This document shows, in pieces, positions 60,401 to 64,000 of a stretch of 64,000 nucleotides of DNA (position 1 is the first letter of the stretch; every line of letters starts with the position of its first letter). Origin of the DNA: Macrostomum lignano (Eukaryota); the NCBI GenBank assembly GCA_002269645.1, contig NIVC01000282.1, positions 310,001 to 374,000 on the forward strand, in the 5' to 3' direction. The position numbers and the translations under genes are program-made. The notes under the pieces were generated by a model. That model was not told the origin of the DNA. It worked only from the letters and a program-made list of their open reading frames with translations, and did not search any database.

Positions 60401-63393
60401 TGAGTTGCTGACAGTCAAGAAATGAGCCGTTGAGAGTCAGACAGAGAGCTGCTGACAGTCAAGAAACGAGCCATTGAGAGTCAGACAGAGAGCTGCTGAC
60501 AGTCAAGAAATGAGCCGTTGAGAGTCAGACAGAGAGCTGCTGAAAGTCAAGAAACGAGCCATTGAGAGTCAGACAGAGAGCTGCTGACAGTCAAGAAATG
60601 AGCCGTTGAGAGTCAGACAGTGATTTGCTGACAGTCAAGAAACGAGCCGTTGAGAGTCAGACAGAGAGCTGCTGACAGTCAAGAAACGAGCCGTTGAGAG
60701 TCAGACAGAGAGTTGCTGACAGTCAAGAAACGAGCCGTTGAGAGTCAGACAGAGAGTTGCTGACAGTCAAGAAACGAGCCGTTGAGAGTCAGACAGAGAG
60801 CTGCTGACAGTCAAGAAATGAGCCGTTGAGAGTCAGACAAAGAGCTGCTGACAGTCAAGAAACGAGCCGTTGAGAGTCAGACAGTGAGCCTCAGAGAGAC
60901 GGCAGGTGGATTTGAAATTATGACTGCGTGAGATAAGCACTATGAAACCAAGGCCATACAGGATACTTTAACTGATTATCAGCCCACCTTGTCCAGTCCA
61001 ACTTCCGCCGCCGTGGCCCGCTTGGTGCCAAGAAAGCTGCCCCCAGTGGCTGTCAGGCCGGTCACGCACTCCCAGGTTAATTGGCGAATATTGCCCCGGG
61101 CCAAGCCTTCAAAGCTGCCGTTGACGCCGAGCACGCGGAAGCCGTTGCTAATGCCGGTGCGCACGAACGAGCGAATGCAGGCGTTGGCGCCGCAGGCGGG
61201 GGCTCCAACCATCACTACTAACAGAGTTGGGGAGGCCGTCCGGGACTGCAGACTGGCCGCGGGTGAGTGCAGCTTCTTTAGTGTCCGGTAGGTGATGAGG
61301 TTATTCTGGAACGACTTGCCGCGCAGCTCAACGGACCTGCACATTTTAGAGAAGGTTATTGCTTTGTTGCTGACGAAATCGGCATGTAGAACTCAATAAT
61401 AATTTGCTGCCCTCAAGTTACTCAAGGGGGGAGGAGCTTCATAAGACAGAAATTTCACAACGCCGAAAATTCTGCATGGTCCTTGTTATATTGTTTTCTA
61501 CGATATGAAATTTCGGTCTTAAAAAGGGCCTTGCATATTAAGTTTTCTACAATGTGAAATTTTGGTCTTATGAAGGACCATGCAGTAGTTATCAGCGTTG
61601 TGAAACTTCGGTCTTATGAAAGCGACCCACTCAAAGCACTCTCTCGGAAGTTCTCATCTGATCCCCAGCATCCATTAAGGTCCTTAAATGACCCTTGAAA
61701 CACTCACTCAGGATTCTCAAATGACCTTGAAACACCCACCCGGGATTCTCAAATGACCTTGAAACACCCACTCGGGATTCTCAAATGACCTTGAAACACC
61801 CACTCGGGAAACTCAAATGACCTTACAACACCCACTCGGGATTCTCAAATGAGTCAATGACCTTACAACACCTATTCGGGATTCTTAAATGACCTTGAAA
61901 CACCCACTCGGGAATCTCAAATGAACTTACAACACCTATTCGGGATTCTTAAATGACCTTGAAACACCCACTCGGGATTCTCAAATGACCTTGAAACACC
62001 CACTCGGGATTCTTAAATGACCTTGAAACACCCACTCAGGATTCTCAAATGACCTTGAAACACCCACTCGGGATTCTGCAATGACTTAAAAGCATTGGTT
62101 TTTGTAACATCTAAAACTCTAAAACACACCTGGCATACTCCTTAGCCATGATAGCCTCATTAACCGCCTTAGTCCGCTGAACGCAGTCCATGAGGTTCAA
62201 CCGCACAGCCTGATTGGCCTCCAAACTGACAACGGTTGACGGCAAGTCGGGATCTGCGCGGGCGTCAACCAACGCCAGGACGGCTTCAGCAGCCATCCGG
62301 CAGCCCAGCAGGCGATCGAAAGCCGACGGCGCGCCGCCGCGCTGCACGTGGCCGAGCACGGTGATCCGGGTGTCGTAGTTTAGGCGCTGCACAATGGCGT
62401 CGCGAACCGAAGCGGCGCTAATCGGCGAACCTTCCTTATCGATGGCGCCCTCGGCCACGATTACAATGTTGAGCCGCTTGCCGCCCTGGGTGCGAGCCTG
62501 CGGGGTGGAAGGTCGGTGTGAACACACGCGGGCGACTGGGTATTGGGCCTGACACACTGTAACCCATCAGCTGCTAGCACAAGACCTGACCTGACCCACC
62601 ACTAAGGTAATTAACCAGATAAGCTGACCCACCAACCAGCTGATCTGATTCACCAAGGCAATTAACCAGCTGACCTGACCCACCAAAATAACTAACCAGC
62701 AGACCTGACTCACCAAAGCAATTAACCAGCTGACCTTACACACGAACCAGCTGACCTGACCCATGAACCAGCTGACCTGACCCACCAACAGCTGACCTGA
62801 CTCACCAACCAGCTGACCTGACCCACCAACCAGCTGACCTGACCCACCAACCAGCTGACCTGACCCACCAACCAGCTGACCTGACCCACCAACCAGCTGA
62901 CCTGACCCACCAACAAGCTGACCTGACCCACCAAGGCAATTAATCAGCTGACATGACATACCAAGGCAATTAAGCAGCTGACCTGACCCACCAAGGCCGC
63001 AAACAAAGCAACCAACCTTGCTCAGATGGTTGCACATCACGTCGGGCCAATCGGGCGCCGGCGGCTCCTCCGGGATGAACAAGAAGTCAGCCTCGCAGCA
63101 TAGGGCGGACACCAGCGCCAGGTAGCCGCAGTGCCGGCCCATCACCTCCATGACGAATGCCCGCTGATGGCTCTGAGCAGTTGTTACAATGGCGTCGCAG
63201 GCCTCCATAATGCGATGCAGGGCGGAGTCTGTGCCAATAGTCATATCTGTGCCGCAGAAGTCGTTATCAATGGAGCCGACCATGCCAGCAATGTGCAGCA
63301 GGCCGTAGTCCATCCTCTGTCGCTCGGTGATGGCGCCGGACCTGTGCAGATCTTCTAGCAGAGCTGGCCACTCGCGTCGGAATAGGTCCGCGC
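57457..63393 (-). CDS. PFK: ATP-dependent 6-phosphofructokinase, 5' exons beyond the right edge
   Basis: Exons 63393-63017, 62497-62130, 61336-60988, 59932-59371, 57890-57457. Motifs: [78 protein letters not shown]. Confidence 0.96.
57905..58240. repeat. Degenerate (CTGT/CTGC)n microsatellite
   Basis: Last PFK intron. Confidence 0.85.
58885..59290. repeat. 21-bp minisatellite (gggtggccatgggatccttca)
   Basis: Last PFK intron. Confidence 0.9.
59985..60890. repeat. 44-bp minisatellite (gagccgttgagagtcagacagagagctgctgacagtcaagaaa+t/c)
   Basis: PFK intron. Confidence 0.95.
61426..61628. mobile_element. MITE with long inverted repeats in a PFK intron
   Basis: Inverted arms ttcataagacagaaatttcacaacgc / gcgttgtgaaacttcggtcttatgaa plus inner ctgcatggtcctt / aaggaccatgcag. 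Flanked by the direct repeat ACTCAA (61420-61425, 61629-61634). Confidence 0.7.
61690..62085. repeat. 32-bp minisatellite (cacccactcgggattctcaaatgaccttgaaa)
   Basis: PFK intron. Confidence 0.92.
62575..63000. repeat. 21-bp minisatellite (ctgacctgacccaccaaccag)
   Basis: PFK intron. Confidence 0.92.
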
Positions 63394-64000
63394 CTGGAAG
63401 GCAAGAACGCGATGCACTTTATATTTTTGCACTCTTTAATTTAAATGTTTAGGCATTGATTTTTTATTTTAATGATACTCTGGATTTCTGGGAATCTGGA
63501 AATTCTGGGATTCTTGAATGTCCTGTGTTTAATTAAGCTTCCTGTGATCATGAGTGTCGGAGATTCGGGCTTCAACAATTAAAGAGGTTAGAACAAAGAC
63601 TTTAGGAATTTCAGTAAGGAGTATATTAAATATTTATAACTGTGGCGTTTTTGCCCCGGACATTATGAACTCTTAGTGTTTTGCGTATGCACCTTCCCTT
63701 TGTCTGAATCACTGCGTGTCTGTCTGGTTCCAACATCTCTCTCTGTCTGTCTGTCCGTCTGCGTGTGATCACCCCATTGTCCGTATCTCTCTGTCTATGT
63801 GCGTCCCACTCATGCCTTCCCTCTACGAAGCTCGGGGCGTACCCACCCCAAATATACTTCCTTAAAGGTGCCTCCCACTCCGCTTGGGAAGGGCACATCT
63901 TTTCCGGTATCGCAATTCTCAGCTCAGCAGAGCAAACTAATTCGTGCAACAAGCCAGCCTTTGCCTTCAAAGTTATTACAATAACCTAAATGTTAGCATT

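Noticed and set aside
1505-60890. Branch-point (CTRAY) enrichment in sense-strand repeat units
   Set aside because: About as many arrays carry CTRAY on the antisense strand, so there is no asymmetry.
176-63989. Numerous plus-strand ORFs overlapping GC-rich exons
   Set aside because: Antisense shadows of GC-rich coding sequence, with no recognisable domains or splice-consistent structure.

Overview
Eukaryotic (metazoan) genomic DNA, not prokaryotic. GC-rich exons are separated by introns, almost all of which carry their own private minisatellite. This style resembles a free-living flatworm such as Macrostomum (inference from architecture only). I reconstructed eight spliced genes by hand from GT-AG sites with consistent phase, and all lie on the minus strand. 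In transcription order (right to left) they are PFK (5'-truncated), MLF, DJ-1/PARK7, canonical DIS3L2, DPF/d4, ATG7, a second and highly divergent DIS3L2 paralog, and an uncharacterised gene (3'-truncated). The strongest novelty candidate is the divergent DIS3L2 paralog (5154-14955). It keeps the catalytic RNB motifs but has gained an Arg-rich, acid-free 80-aa N-terminus resembling a mitochondrial presequence, and an acidic/Ala-helical C-tail. It could be a mitochondrial RNase II/R-type exonuclease in an animal. Other observations: an operon-like co-directional cluster with orphan splice acceptors; minisatellites built on splice-donor consensus; an in-frame, stop-free ATG7 intron made of copies of its own donor; a DPF apparently lacking its C2H2 finger; a CORE-type tRNA SINE; several hAT/CACTA-like MITEs with TSDs; and a Gypsy relic. 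Repeat boundaries are approximate, and no database searches were run.
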